DNA of 64,000 nucleotides. Source: a virus (Duplodnaviria > Heunggongvirae > Uroviricota > Caudoviricetes). Within the stretch, counting starts at the first letter, position 1. The number at the start of each line of letters is the position of its first letter. Below are positions 1-10,867 of this stretch, one piece after another. The DNA lies in the IMG/VR virus record IMGVR_UViG_3300029846_000001; one strand, 5' to 3'. A program made the translations under genes and the position numbers. A model generated the notes under the pieces. It had not been told where the DNA came from and ran no database searches. It saw only the letters and a program-made list of their open reading frames with translations.

Positions 1-1
1 C

Positions 2-460
2 GTGCCCGACTCCCAGCGCTCCGCTATTCTGGCTAATATGAACGCCATAGCTGGAAGCAATATAGCCAAGTACATTAACGAAGTAAATTTCAATAACGCA
101 AGGCAAATAAACGAAGCTGATAGATTCAATGAAATGGCTTATGTTCAGACAGACGATAAGAACATAGCGGAAAGGCAACGTTATGAATCCGGGTTATTGA
201 AGGCTATGGCTATAAGGGATGAAAATCTTGCTCGTTATTATGACAGCATAAACAGTGAGATACAGAATAAGTTCAATGTTCGTACATCATTGAATACCAT
301 AGCTTCCATAGCTCCAAATATGAGAATGCTTCCAAGTGGTCAAATTATTTACGTTCAAGGTAATCAGGATGTGATGAATATGGGTGATTATTCCACACCT
401 TACTTGAGAAGTTTAAATGAAGAAGATGATGAAATTAAAAGAAGAAGGAGGACCAAATAG
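2..460 (+). CDS. 3' fragment (152 aa) of a gene starting upstream of the window; hypothetical, probably part of structural block
   Basis: Open frame from window edge, ends 1 nt before the 1019-aa gene (ATG at 460); Asn/Ile-rich composition like neighbours. Confidence 0.5.
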   Translation: MPDSQRSAILANMNAIAGSNIAKYINEVNFNNARQINEADRFNEMAYVQTDDKNIAERQRYESGLLKAMAIRDENLARYYDSINSEIQNKFNVRTSLNTIASIAPNMRMLPSGQIIYVQGNQDVMNMGDYSTPYLRSLNEEDDEIKRRRRTK

Positions 461-3400
461 TGGCTTCACAGTATAGTATTTTAAGGCAATATGCCCCGTA
501 TGTTAGTCCTTACAACATAGATCTTGTTAAGGACGTCATGATGTACAAACAGCAGAAGGTTGATGCTGCTCGTGAAAAGATCTATACCCAGGTAGATTAT
601 CTTATGGGTCAAGAGATAGATAAGCCTGAAGCCCGCGCTTATATGGAAGATAAGATGTCAGGTGTGATTGCTAACATCAATCAAAAATTCAAAGGCGTGG
701 ATCTTTCTTCTGATGGTGTTACGAGAGCCATACAAGGAGAGATAAGTTCGGTGTTAGATGATACGGTCATTAACGCGATTGCCGGCACAAAAGAAGGCAA
801 GAGGGTTATGAAGGAAATAGAATCTATAAAACAGAATCATCCTGAACTTTATTCTCCTATTAATGAATGGCATGCTTTGGACCCTTATTACAAATGGAGG
901 TCAGATGGTAAAGCAGGATCAAGGTTGGGAGGTCTTCATTATTCTCCTTATGTCGATTATACTAAGGAGATAAATAAGCTGGTCAGTGATTTTAGGAAAA
1001 ACAACGAAGGCAAGAAGATTCAGACAACAGAATATGATGTTAAAGGTAATCCTACTGGTGGAATCATAGAAGTCAACGTAGATGAGCTTACTGATTCCCA
1101 GATAAGGAATTTTGTGTCTGCTAACTTATCTGAAAACATGAGGAATCAGATGAGAATAGAAGCATCATACATGGCAGCTACCAATCCGGTGTTCAGTAAT
1201 CCGGATTTGGTTAGTCAATACATTGGGTCTTATGTCGAAAGATACGATAGGCACATAGGAGCATTGGAAGCAAAAAAGAAATCAGTAGGGGATAATAAGG
1301 ATATTATTGATCGTATTGACAGTCAGATACAGGAAGCTAAAAATCAGAAAGCAGAAGCCAAGAGGGAGGCAGATATGATAATAGCTTCATCAGATCCGGT
1401 AGCGGCTGCTAATTTTGTTGTTACCAATAATCTTTTCGATAAGATGACTGATGCATGGAGATACGACAATACAAGTTTTGAAAGGAAGAAAGATGATCTT
1501 TATTTTGCAAGGTTGGCAGAGGATAGGGCTCAGCAAAAGTTTTTGACTGATAATGCTAAGTCTATGGTTGAAATATCGTTGGCAAAAGAGCAACTTGCAC
1601 AGGCTAAGATTGAAACCGAATACATGCGTACTTACGGTTCCAAGATGGGCACTGAAAGCTCATCCGGAGGCACAAGAGGAGCAGGCGGTGTAGGAGTGCC
1701 GATGGCTCCTATGGACGGGCCTACGGCTATCAATTCTGGAACGGGTAAGATAGGATCTGTTAATTTGGCTAATATCCCTTATGAACAACTCACATCTTCT
1801 TCCACAGAGCGTAGAGCAAATTTATTGAAATTATATAATTCATTATCTCCTACAGACAGAAGTAATATCGTTGCAGCATCATACGAAGAAGAAAAAACTG
1901 ACCCAGGATTGTATGCTAATATGACTCCTGAAGAACGGATATATTCTTATTTAAAAAATAATGGAGGTCAGAAAAACGGATATTTTGGACAAGGAAATAA
2001 CAGATTGTCTGAAGCTTATGATGCTTTACTTCTTTCTGATTCTAAGGCAAATGGAGCTACAAAGGCTATAAATAACATAACTGATTATCAAATAGATAAT
2101 ATAGTTACTAAAAAAAATAAGGATATTATCAGTAAAGTTCGTAATGCTAAGTTTATGAAAGGAAATTCTTTTATAAATCTTACCGATACAGATGATAAGG
2201 CTGGAGCCTTCCTGCTCGCCACAGCCATAACAACTGGTGTATCTGATGCCGTAGGGTTCAGAGAATACATGATGGACCCTTCAAGAGGAATAGATATTCT
2301 TAGTGCTATATCTCCGTCATTAGGAGCTAAGGCGAGTGCCGGCAAGTTGGGGAAAAACATATCTGATGCTATTACAAGCGAGAATAATGGTTCTTCTACT
2401 GGTACATTGGCTCTTATTAATGGAATGAAGAAACTCAACGGCGATCCTGATTTTAATATATCAGATTATATGACCATAGATAAGGATGGTGATATAGATT
2501 TAAAAGATTATCAGGAAGGTGAACCATTAACTATTACCCAGCTAAGATATGCTGAGAAAAACAGTAGAGTGTCTGATATGATAGCAGGTCAGATGCAGGA
2601 TGAGATAAAAATGTCTGTATCTCCTGATCAGATTTCTGATAAGTTATCTCAGTATCATTACCTTGATTCTTACAAAAGATACAATTGGAATGCCGATTCA
2701 CCGGAAAAGTCTTTGCAGAAGGCTCAGTTTAGAAGATTGTCTGGTTACATGGCAGGAAAGGTAAATAATCTGGATCCTACTGCTATTAATGCCATTAATA
2801 TGGATGCCGAGATAGATAATGGCACTGTTAGAAGATTCTTGACTGCTCAAGTAGGTTCCGGTAAAAATTCTTATGTTACAGAAAGGGTTGAGATTACGAA
2901 TGACGAGCTTCTTAAGGCGGGTATAGATCCTTCGGTCGAGGAGCGTAATTATCCGGTGGATGGTTACAAATCAAGTTTTGGAACCTGTGATTTTGTAGAT
3001 ACCGGAAAGAAGGAAGGTTATTCTTATGATAAGTATCTTATACGTAATGGTCTTCCCCGTTTGGCTTCTAAGGCTGATGTTAAGAATGATCTTTATGATA
3101 TAGTAAAGGTTCATGGTTCTTACCTTAAGCCAGAAGAAATGAATGTTGTTAAAACCCTTGTTGATAATTTTATTGACATGTCTGATAACATATCAGTTCA
3201 GTTGGAGGGAATGGATGACAGGGGTTCAAGAGAGGTAGCGGTCAATTTCTATGACAAAAGGACTAAAAATTCTAAAAATCCTGCATTGTTGTTCTCGGAT
3301 TTTGTTCCTTTGGATCCAGGTAATGATGAGTATGCGGATTACTGGAATAGCATTCACCAGAAGTGTCCTCAGTACTTCTTTGTAAAATACGTGAAGGAGG

Positions 3401-3519
3401 CTGTTCAAGAACGTCTTGATCAGATGAGGGATCCGTATATGAGAGGAATAAATATCACGCCCAATATGAATGACAAGTTTAGTAAGTTGAACGATTTTTT
3501 GCAGAAAATTTATGGCTGA
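460..3519 (+). CDS. giant hypothetical protein, 1019 aa (virion/structural-associated?)
   Basis: 1019-aa uninterrupted ORF; 8-nt ATGGCTGA start/stop overlap with next giant gene indicates translational coupling; Gly-rich segment GTRGAGGVGVPMAPMDGP. Confidence 0.8.
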   Translation: MASQYSILRQYAPYVSPYNIDLVKDVMMYKQQKVDAAREKIYTQVDYLMGQEIDKPEARAYMEDKMSGVIANINQKFKGVDLSSDGVTRAIQGEISSVLDDTVINAIAGTKEGKRVMKEIESIKQNHPELYSPINEWHALDPYYKWRSDGKAGSRLGGLHYSPYVDYTKEINKLVSDFRKNNEGKKIQTTEYDVKGNPTGGIIEVNVDELTDSQIRNFVSANLSENMRNQMRIEASYMAATNPVFSNPDLVSQYIGSYVERYDRHIGALEAKKKSVGDNKDIIDRIDSQIQEAKNQKAEAKREADMIIASSDPVAAANFVVTNNLFDKMTDAWRYDNTSFERKKDDLYFARLAEDRAQQKFLTDNAKSMVEISLAKEQLAQAKIETEYMRTYGSKMGTESSSGGTRGAGGVGVPMAPMDGPTAINSGTGKIGSVNLANIPYEQLTSSSTERRANLLKLYNSLSPTDRSNIVAASYEEEKTDPGLYANMTPEERIYSYLKNNGGQKNGYFGQGNNRLSEAYDALLLSDSKANGATKAINNITDYQIDNIVTKKNKDIISKVRNAKFMKGNSFINLTDTDDKAGAFLLATAITTGVSDAVGFREYMMDPSRGIDILSAISPSLGAKASAGKLGKNISDAITSENNGSSTGTLALINGMKKLNGDPDFNISDYMTIDKDGDIDLKDYQEGEPLTITQLRYAEKNSRVSDMIAGQMQDEIKMSVSPDQISDKLSQYHYLDSYKRYNWNADSPEKSLQKAQFRRLSGYMAGKVNNLDPTAINAINMDAEIDNGTVRRFLTAQVGSGKNSYVTERVEITNDELLKAGIDPSVEERNYPVDGYKSSFGTCDFVDTGKKEGYSYDKYLIRNGLPRLASKADVKNDLYDIVKVHGSYLKPEEMNVVKTLVDNFIDMSDNISVQLEGMDDRGSREVAVNFYDKRTKNSKNPALLFSDFVPLDPGNDEYADYWNSIHQKCPQYFFVKYVKEAVQERLDQMRDPYMRGINITPNMNDKFSKLNDFLQKIYG

Positions 3520-6500
3520 CAATAATATAGATAGATATAATCCTGCTGCTAAAACCACTTACGAAGATGTGGCAAGGCAAAGGAAATTAGCCGAAGAAGA
3601 GAATTACACTCCGGCTACATTACCAGAGACGACAACGCCTCTGGTTCCTAATTATATGCCTGGTGAAGGTGTGTATGCCCAACCTAAATTTCCGGATTAC
3701 GCATCAAGGATAGCTGCTGTCGAATACGAAGAACCGTATATAGCCAAGGAGATAAGCAACAGCTACTCGGAGGCACTGGCTCGTAACAGCTACAGGGGGG
3801 CTACACCTGCCCCGCCGCCTCTTAATCCCTATGGACCGAAGGTAAGTATCCGTGAAAGTCATCAGATGGGTAATGATGGGGTATGGCGTACAAAATATTC
3901 TAACTATATTCCGGGTATAAACAATGAAGATTATTATGCCAGGAGACAGAGCGGATGGAGTAAGTTTTGGAATGGTGTAGGCAAATTCGCTTTAAAATCC
4001 GCATTGTACGGTGCACAAGGAGTTGTGTCATTGCCTGACAAACTTATCAATATGGCATCTGAGGGAAGTTACAAAGCTGCGTTAAACACTAACATGGATA
4101 AGTTTGTAGGTGATCTTGACCAGCAAATAGACATGCTTCTTCCCCATTATTACAAGAAAGAGGTAGAAGATTATAATTTTGGTCAGAAGCTTTTTAAGGA
4201 TACCGGTAATTTCTTGTGGAATGACGTCCTTGGTAATGGTATGTCTTTTACCGTAGGAGCCATGATATCAGCGTACATGACCGGAGGACTTGGAGTTGGA
4301 TCATTGGGTAATATAGGCGCTAAATTAGGTGGAAGAATCGGAGCTAAGTTAGCAGCAAGGCAAGCTGCCAATAGGGGCATAGGAAGCCTTAAAAGCGTGT
4401 TTAACGACTATGTAAGAAAAGGAGTTGCTACCGGAAGAAATGTAGGGGAGGCGGCTAAGACCATGACGTTGTTGGCTACCAGTGCCGGATTCGAGTCATC
4501 GGTTGAAGCAAATTCTTTTATGAAGCAATCTGAGTCTGATTTCAAGGATTATTATCGTAAGATTTATGGTCGTGATCCCAATGCAGAGGAAATGGCTGTT
4601 TTTCGTAATTCTAATGCTGATGTAGGTAGTGCTATATTTGCCGCCAATATGGGTATCGTAGGATTATCTAACTGGCTTCTTTTTGGTAAGTATATAGGGT
4701 TAGGAGGCAAGGCTATACCAGGGTTGGAAAAGAGGCTCAACAAGCATTTATTTGGATTAGGGACGGAAGTTGCGAAGCCGGGAGAGATGGCTATTAAAAT
4801 AACCAATCCCAATATAGGACAGAAGATAGCAGGCAATGTTTTCAATATCATGAAAAGACCGGTATCTGAAGGCTTATGGGAAGAAGGATCTCAAGGTGCT
4901 GTTCAGAATACGGCTGAGGAATATGTTAAGTCAAGATATGATAATGTCGCCATGAACGGAGCCGTTGATGTTCTTGATGCTATTTCTGAAGGATTTAAAA
5001 AGCAATATACGTCTAAAGAAGGATGGACTGAAATAGGAATCGGTGCTATTATCGGTTCTTTGTTTGGTATGAGAGAAGGCTTCTTTGGGGTGAAAGAGTA
5101 TAGTAATAGTCAGATCTTGCTGGAAAGGCAAGTGAATGAATATAACAAAGCATCTTCTAATCTTAACACGGCGGCTTTGAATACGTTGAAAAAATCAATG
5201 AGTTTAGGGCCTCAAGTTCGTTCCGATGCCCAGTCTATGACTGGTAAGGAGCTTGATGATGCTATGTTTGAAAAGATGTCTATTGACAACCAAATGGGAA
5301 CCTTAGAGGATTCGGCTGAAAATTTCCGGCAGATGATTGATATGATGCCTATTTCGGAAATAGCCGAAGCTAATGGAATGTCTTTGGAAGAGGCAAAGAA
5401 ATACAAGGACTCTATTATTGATAATTATAATAATCGTCTTTCGGATTTCAGATCTGCCCAGAGTTTTGCCGAAGATCTTATAGGTGATGATTCTAAGATT
5501 GAGTTTAGGAAATACGTGGCTCGTAATGCTTTTCTTGGTCTTCAATCGGAATCAAGAATGAAAGACATAGCTTCTGTCATAGAAACGCTTTCGGGGCAGC
5601 CTCGCGTGGCGGATGCTCTAAGTACGTTCTCCCGGCTGTCGGACAGGGCAAGGGAGCGGGCGATGGCTATCCGTGGCATACGGTCAAGAATAGAAGAACT
5701 TGAATCCGAAATAGAAGATCTTGCTACCCGCCCTCGCAACGTAGAAGGGAAAGATCCACAAGCTGAATCCATACAACGAAAAACCAAAGAATTGGAAAGC
5801 CTTAGAACCAATTACAACAATTCGTTGTCTGAGTTATCAACGTTAATAGGAAAAGAGTTTTCGATAGAAGAGCTGGTAAGTAAAACCGAATCTGTTTTAT
5901 CATCTCCTCTTTCTCCCATAAGTTCACAAGATGTGATAGAAGCCTATGATACGCTTGTGGCTTTTGATGATTATTTTAATGTAAAATCAAGACAGGAAAA
6001 GAAGTTTACAGCCAAAGACAAAGCCATGAGATCCTTGGTAAATGAATACCGAAGAAGTTTGATGGACTATAGGAATATGAATAACTTCTTGTCTAAGATG
6101 CTTGATAAAAGATTCTTAGCTGAGGAAAACAGGGGGTTTTCAAAAGCGCTGTCTTCTCTATGGTCTACTCCTTATAAAGGGGATGACAAGGTTCCTGATT
6201 TTGCAGAGTCTAATAAAGTTGGTGAATATGACACTGATGAGGTAGTAGATCAAGCTGTGTCAGAAGGTAAGATTTCGGAAGACGAAGCTTGGACTATCAA
6301 GGCTTTTATGCATGCTCTTGATAAAGTAAGGGAAGATAGGATGAAGGAAGCAGAAGATGATATAAAAGAGTCACCGCTTACGGAGTCTGTATCGGATGAA
6401 GATTATGAGGCTGCTATGGATAATCCTATTATGGTTCCGGCCGTAAGGCAGTCTATAATTGATAAACTATATACAGGTAATGCCGATCTTCTTACTGAGA

Positions 6501-9500
6501 GAGAAAAAGATGTGTATGATAAATACAAACAAGATTTTGATGATTATGTATCGTCTTTGGGTGACAGTCCCGTTAATCTCATAAAATCATTATCTGAAAA
6601 GGCTGATAGGCTTACAAGTCCGAGATCTGTGTATGAGGATAATAAAGCTATTATTGATATGGCTAAATCCAATTTGGAACCAGATCAAAGGAAGGAACTT
6701 GATGATGCTATTTCTTCGTATGTTGATATAATGAACAGACGGGACAAAGGGGAGAAAGTTGACGAAGATAAGCTTGCCGATTCGGTATTTACCATAGAAG
6801 ATCTTGGCCAGGTTGGAAACATCACGGATCTCCTTCCTTATATCGAACAAAACAGGATTATTGATAAAGGTCGTATTTCCGAATCTACGTTAAGTAATTT
6901 TGGGGAGGATGATGCTAATATAGATTCTCTTGTAAATGAATTAGACGAATCTGATAATACGCCGGGAGCCAATATAGATAGCGCCCAGAATCCAGAGACG
7001 TTGATGGTAAGAAGAATCTCCAATGACGGCAATGAAAGGTATGAAATTGCAGGTCTTAGAGCCGATAAATTTATATCTTCTATAAAATCATTGGTTCCTA
7101 TTCAAATAAGCTCTGAAACGAACGCTAATGGTACTAAAAGGTATTCTCTTAACATAGGTGGAGAAACGGCTACTATAATTGAACTGCCTTATCATGCGAG
7201 ATGGTCTATAGACAAAGAATCGGCTCGTGTTCTTAACCGTTACACAGATGTGTCTATTCAGGACGTGGGTAATTCATATTCTTTGGTTTATAAGCGTCTT
7301 GATTCAGACGAATTGGTTCCGTACAGAACAGGTGTTGGATTCGGAGAGAATGAAGTAGATAAAATAGATCAGGAAGCATTATCTTCTTTGAAGAAAGGAG
7401 ATAAGGTTAATCTTGAGATAGATGCAAATGATACCTATAATCAGTCTCTTTTTGCCGAATACAATGATGCTGTTCAGTCCGGTGATAAAAAAAGAATAGA
7501 ATCTGCTGAAAATAAGCTGGTATCCAATATGGTTATCAAGGTCATGAGTGGAAACAGATTCGTTTCTGTTGTAAAAGCTGACACAGGAGGCATAGATGGT
7601 ATAAGTAAGATAAGAAGAACGGCTTTTAACAAGTGGAAGAAGGACGCCGGCCGGTCGGCCACCATCAACGTCGGCACGCATGTTGTTGCCCAGACCCTTC
7701 CTGGAAGACCGGTGTTTAACATGAGAGTAAACGGTCAAGGATATGGTCAGGTAGAAAATCTCCCTATTACCGAAAAAGGAGCTGAAAAAGTATCTGATGT
7801 CGGATATGTATTAAATGGCAAAGTCGTGCTTAAGAACGGATCTAAATACACAGGCTTCCCATTTGCTTATTCTATATTAAATGACAAGGGGAATAATTAC
7901 AAAAATGTAAGAGTTCCGGTAGTTGTCATCAAAGGCAAAAACGGTCTTAATTATCTTTTCCCGGTTAGTCTACGTTCTGTGGAATCAGAGGAAGGAAAGA
8001 AATGGATTTCTTTTATAGATATGCTGCTTGAATCAGGTGACTCTGAATTGTTACAGATGGGTCAAGATGATATACAAGATCTTAATGCGTATCTAACCAA
8101 GTTAGGCCTTGATCCGGCTTCGTATCAAGTATCGTATTTGAATCCTATTTCAGGGCTTAGAAAAGCTCGTGAGGCTATAGAAAAATTATCTACGGTTCCT
8201 GATGTTGTTAAATGGGTAGAAGATGAAAGCAGGAATGTGAAAGACATTGTGATGTCTGAAGTAGAATCTGGAATAGATTTCGAAGGTGAGATGTTTGTCG
8301 CTCCTAAGATCAGGATTCAGTTTGGTAAATCATCTTCCAGACCTAAATCACTTATAGAAGATGATCTCCCTTTCTCCGATGAGGGTAAGACCGTTACTTC
8401 CAAGGAAGATGTGGATATTTACGAAGATGAAATGCCAGAGGAAGACCCTGTCCGGGGGACTCGGCCGGCGCCACCAGCCCAGCCGGCTCCTGCGGCACAA
8501 GCTACGCAGTCCTTACATGGCAAGAAGCGCACCTCCAGAAAAAACTTCTCTCTTATGTTAAACGAAATAGAATCTCATATAGAAAAAGAAGGATTGCCGT
8601 CTTATGCTAATATTTTTGATTTTATAGCAAGGAAGATTGTAGGAGGTGATTTGAGGTTTCTTCGTGAGAGAGGTAATCCTAAAAGCCTTAAGGAAGAAAT
8701 GGGATTAGAACCTAAAGGAACAGTAGGTGATAAAATATCCACTCCTTCTAAAAAGGGAGGTAAGACCTTAGAAGAATATGTTTCTTGGCTTCGTTCTCAA
8801 ACAGATCAGGTGGTGGTTGATTATGTTGGTCCAAGATCTGACGAACAAATTATATCAGAGTTGAAAAACTTTTTGAAATATATTAATTTTGTTCCAAGCA
8901 AGGCTTTGAATTATTCTCTTAGAGTCAATGGCATGGATGCCCTAAAAGAATATGGCACAAAAGAGGAAGTAGAAAAAATGGAATCTGACATCAATAGTTT
9001 GGTTTCTGAAGTTTTGCCTACGGTAGATAATCAAACTGTAGAAGATGTTTCTACTGCAATAGAATTAAATAACCTGCCTGCCATATGGAGACCTATGGAA
9101 AGCCTTGATATGACAAACGAGGAAAAAATAGAGTTTTTGAATAACGTAGCAGATTTCCTTAGCGGCATTCCAGAGTATGATGCTGTTGTGGAGTCTATAG
9201 AGTCAGAATCAGATAATATTTTAAATGATGGAAAAGAAGGAAGTGCAGAAGGCGGTGCAGTACGCGCTGAGGAAGATGGCGATAAAAAGGGAGATGGAAA
9301 AAGAGAAGGACAACCCAGAGATGATGGCAAAGCTGAGGGAGATGTCTATTTACCTGGATCTGAAGAAGGAAGAGTAGATAACTATAAGAAGAACGGAGAT
9401 AAGTTCTCTGATATTGCCGAAGTTACTTTATGGTTACTTAGAAGGGCTGCCGGCATAACCTCTATCCCGGAAGGAGAAGAGGTTTATGTAGAGGGGGATG

Positions 9501-10153
9501 AAGTTAATAGCATTATGACCGATATGGAATCAAGGTACGGGATAGACACCATCAACCACTCGCATACGACTAAGGCTATAAGGGATCTTAACGGCGTATC
9601 AGGTTATAAAGTAGAATACGGCTTAACCTTTTTAACATACGATCCTTTTATTAGAATATCCAATCCAAGGAAAGAATCTAAGGCCGAGAAAGACGAACCT
9701 CGTATATCCGAAGAACCGCTTACTCACATATCAAGGGTAACAACCCCTTATTTCCTGTACGGCGGTGATGAAGCATATACATCTGTTCCGGCTAAGGTAG
9801 AACCTATACCGGAGAAGATAATGGGTCGTAATGGCATTAAATTTGGTATGAGTGTAGTCGAGTTAACCAAATTAGGGTACAAAAAAGCTGGTGGAAACTG
9901 GATATATAAATTCTATATGAACTCAGGTGTGTATGATTTGTATAATATCAGTACCGGTGAAGCGTTTAGGGCAAAACCGAATCTTGGAGTTAAGATAAGT
10001 TCCAGTGCATTCATCCGCTCTTTATCTCAATCTGGTAGAAAAATACAAAATATGATGAGTAATATGAGCCAGGAAGAGATAGACAGGAATAAGAATCTCG
10101 TAGAAGGTTCTGATAATTCGGATTCGATAAATGAGTTAAATAAAGAGTGTTGA
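3512..10153 (+). CDS. giant hypothetical protein, 2213 aa (virion/ejected or tail protein?)
   Basis: 2213-aa uninterrupted ORF; coiled-coil-rich, acidic Gly/Asp-rich tract (AEEDGDKKGDGKREGQPRDDGKAEGD), Pro/Ala linker (RPAPPAQPAPAAQ); size class typical of phage ejected/tail proteins. Confidence 0.85.
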   Translation: MADNNIDRYNPAAKTTYEDVARQRKLAEEENYTPATLPETTTPLVPNYMPGEGVYAQPKFPDYASRIAAVEYEEPYIAKEISNSYSEALARNSYRGATPAPPPLNPYGPKVSIRESHQMGNDGVWRTKYSNYIPGINNEDYYARRQSGWSKFWNGVGKFALKSALYGAQGVVSLPDKLINMASEGSYKAALNTNMDKFVGDLDQQIDMLLPHYYKKEVEDYNFGQKLFKDTGNFLWNDVLGNGMSFTVGAMISAYMTGGLGVGSLGNIGAKLGGRIGAKLAARQAANRGIGSLKSVFNDYVRKGVATGRNVGEAAKTMTLLATSAGFESSVEANSFMKQSESDFKDYYRKIYGRDPNAEEMAVFRNSNADVGSAIFAANMGIVGLSNWLLFGKYIGLGGKAIPGLEKRLNKHLFGLGTEVAKPGEMAIKITNPNIGQKIAGNVFNIMKRPVSEGLWEEGSQGAVQNTAEEYVKSRYDNVAMNGAVDVLDAISEGFKKQYTSKEGWTEIGIGAIIGSLFGMREGFFGVKEYSNSQILLERQVNEYNKASSNLNTAALNTLKKSMSLGPQVRSDAQSMTGKELDDAMFEKMSIDNQMGTLEDSAENFRQMIDMMPISEIAEANGMSLEEAKKYKDSIIDNYNNRLSDFRSAQSFAEDLIGDDSKIEFRKYVARNAFLGLQSESRMKDIASVIETLSGQPRVADALSTFSRLSDRARERAMAIRGIRSRIEELESEIEDLATRPRNVEGKDPQAESIQRKTKELESLRTNYNNSLSELSTLIGKEFSIEELVSKTESVLSSPLSPISSQDVIEAYDTLVAFDDYFNVKSRQEKKFTAKDKAMRSLVNEYRRSLMDYRNMNNFLSKMLDKRFLAEENRGFSKALSSLWSTPYKGDDKVPDFAESNKVGEYDTDEVVDQAVSEGKISEDEAWTIKAFMHALDKVREDRMKEAEDDIKESPLTESVSDEDYEAAMDNPIMVPAVRQSIIDKLYTGNADLLTEREKDVYDKYKQDFDDYVSSLGDSPVNLIKSLSEKADRLTSPRSVYEDNKAIIDMAKSNLEPDQRKELDDAISSYVDIMNRRDKGEKVDEDKLADSVFTIEDLGQVGNITDLLPYIEQNRIIDKGRISESTLSNFGEDDANIDSLVNELDESDNTPGANIDSAQNPETLMVRRISNDGNERYEIAGLRADKFISSIKSLVPIQISSETNANGTKRYSLNIGGETATIIELPYHARWSIDKESARVLNRYTDVSIQDVGNSYSLVYKRLDSDELVPYRTGVGFGENEVDKIDQEALSSLKKGDKVNLEIDANDTYNQSLFAEYNDAVQSGDKKRIESAENKLVSNMVIKVMSGNRFVSVVKADTGGIDGISKIRRTAFNKWKKDAGRSATINVGTHVVAQTLPGRPVFNMRVNGQGYGQVENLPITEKGAEKVSDVGYVLNGKVVLKNGSKYTGFPFAYSILNDKGNNYKNVRVPVVVIKGKNGLNYLFPVSLRSVESEEGKKWISFIDMLLESGDSELLQMGQDDIQDLNAYLTKLGLDPASYQVSYLNPISGLRKAREAIEKLSTVPDVVKWVEDESRNVKDIVMSEVESGIDFEGEMFVAPKIRIQFGKSSSRPKSLIEDDLPFSDEGKTVTSKEDVDIYEDEMPEEDPVRGTRPAPPAQPAPAAQATQSLHGKKRTSRKNFSLMLNEIESHIEKEGLPSYANIFDFIARKIVGGDLRFLRERGNPKSLKEEMGLEPKGTVGDKISTPSKKGGKTLEEYVSWLRSQTDQVVVDYVGPRSDEQIISELKNFLKYINFVPSKALNYSLRVNGMDALKEYGTKEEVEKMESDINSLVSEVLPTVDNQTVEDVSTAIELNNLPAIWRPMESLDMTNEEKIEFLNNVADFLSGIPEYDAVVESIESESDNILNDGKEGSAEGGAVRAEEDGDKKGDGKREGQPRDDGKAEGDVYLPGSEEGRVDNYKKNGDKFSDIAEVTLWLLRRAAGITSIPEGEEVYVEGDEVNSIMTDMESRYGIDTINHSHTTKAIRDLNGVSGYKVEYGLTFLTYDPFIRISNPRKESKAEKDEPRISEEPLTHISRVTTPYFLYGGDEAYTSVPAKVEPIPEKIMGRNGIKFGMSVVELTKLGYKKAGGNWIYKFYMNSGVYDLYNISTGEAFRAKPNLGVKISSSAFIRSLSQSGRKIQNMMSNMSQEEIDRNKNLVEGSDNSDSINELNKEC

Positions 10154-10155
10154 GT

Positions 10156-10698
10156 ATGAGAAGGAGATACGAAGATGTTTCAGGTCTTGTTCAGTATCAG
10201 TTGAAGACCAATCAGCAGGGGAATATAGAGGTTTATGTTGATGACAGGTTTGTTGGAAACGTAAGTGAAGGAGTCTGCAATTGGAAGGATATTGAATACA
10301 AGAGCAAAGTTACTATATCTTTGAAAGGAGTCGAGGATAAGGCTAAAACTTTAAGTAAAAGAGTCGGTCCCTATTGTCACATTTATAGCATATTTGGAGG
10401 AAATGAATCTTATCATGAAGGTCCGGATAGTAATATAAAAAAGAGTCCGGTTACCACCTTTATAATGTATTGTTATAAAAATGGGGATATTACAACTACC
10501 ACCACTTATACTAAAAATTTATCTGGAACTCTTCAGATAGGTAAAACACAATTGACTATCAATTACAAACAAAGTAAAAGTCAGTCTTTTTCTGGTGGTG
10601 ATAAAGATTATGTAACATCCGTATCTGATTTCCCTTTTGTTACTGGTCCAGGAGATAATAGCGTTGAGTTTGAAGGAGAGGGAAGATTAATAGTTTAA
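10156..10698 (+). CDS. small protein with MRRRY N-terminus (MRRR-leader family member 1)
   Basis: ATG 3 nt after stop of 2213-aa gene; ORF track lists GTG start at 10147; N-terminus MRRRYEDVSG shared with three other genes. Confidence 0.6.
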   Translation: MRRRYEDVSGLVQYQLKTNQQGNIEVYVDDRFVGNVSEGVCNWKDIEYKSKVTISLKGVEDKAKTLSKRVGPYCHIYSIFGGNESYHEGPDSNIKKSPVTTFIMYCYKNGDITTTTTYTKNLSGTLQIGKTQLTINYKQSKSQSFSGGDKDYVTSVSDFPFVTGPGDNSVEFEGEGRLIV

Positions 10699-10774
10699 AC
10701 AAAGGCTTCGCATTATGAAATAGAAGTTTCATAATTTCTATTTTTATAGTATTTTGTCTAAAATATTTATCACT

Positions 10775-10801
10775 ATGGGTGTCAAATGTCAGATAGAAAA
10801 A
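10775..10801 (+). repeat. direct repeat of the first 27 nt of the 752-aa gene (atgggtgtcaaatgtcagatagaaaaa; second copy 11425-11451)
   Basis: Identical 27-mer at 10775 and 11425; at 10775 it is fused to the copy of the 3' end of the 2213-aa gene, a recombination junction. Confidence 0.8.
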
Positions 10802-10802
10802 T

Positions 10803-10866
10803 AAGAATCTCGTAGAAGGTTCTGATAATTCGGATTCGATAAATAAGTTAAACAAGGAGTGTTGAG
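10803..10866 (+). repeat. direct repeat: near-identical copy of the last 64 nt of the 2213-aa gene (10090-10153), preserving the reading frame (NKNLVEGSDNSDSINKLNKEC*) but preceded by TAG
   Basis: aagaatctcgtagaaggttctgataattcggattcgataaat(g/a)agttaaa(t/c)aa(a/g)gagtgttgagtatgagaaggagat present at 10090-10170 and 10800-10880. Confidence 0.85.
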
Positions 10867-10867
10867 T

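Noticed and set aside
1390-9330. Many 60-120-aa antisense or alternate-frame ORFs inside the giant genes (e.g. 1390-1593, 2088-2438, 4183-4380, 4564-4851, 7379-7738, 9031-9330)
   Set aside because: They are fully embedded in long, clearly coding ORFs on the opposite strand or in another frame. They are low-complexity translations, typical spurious ORFs.
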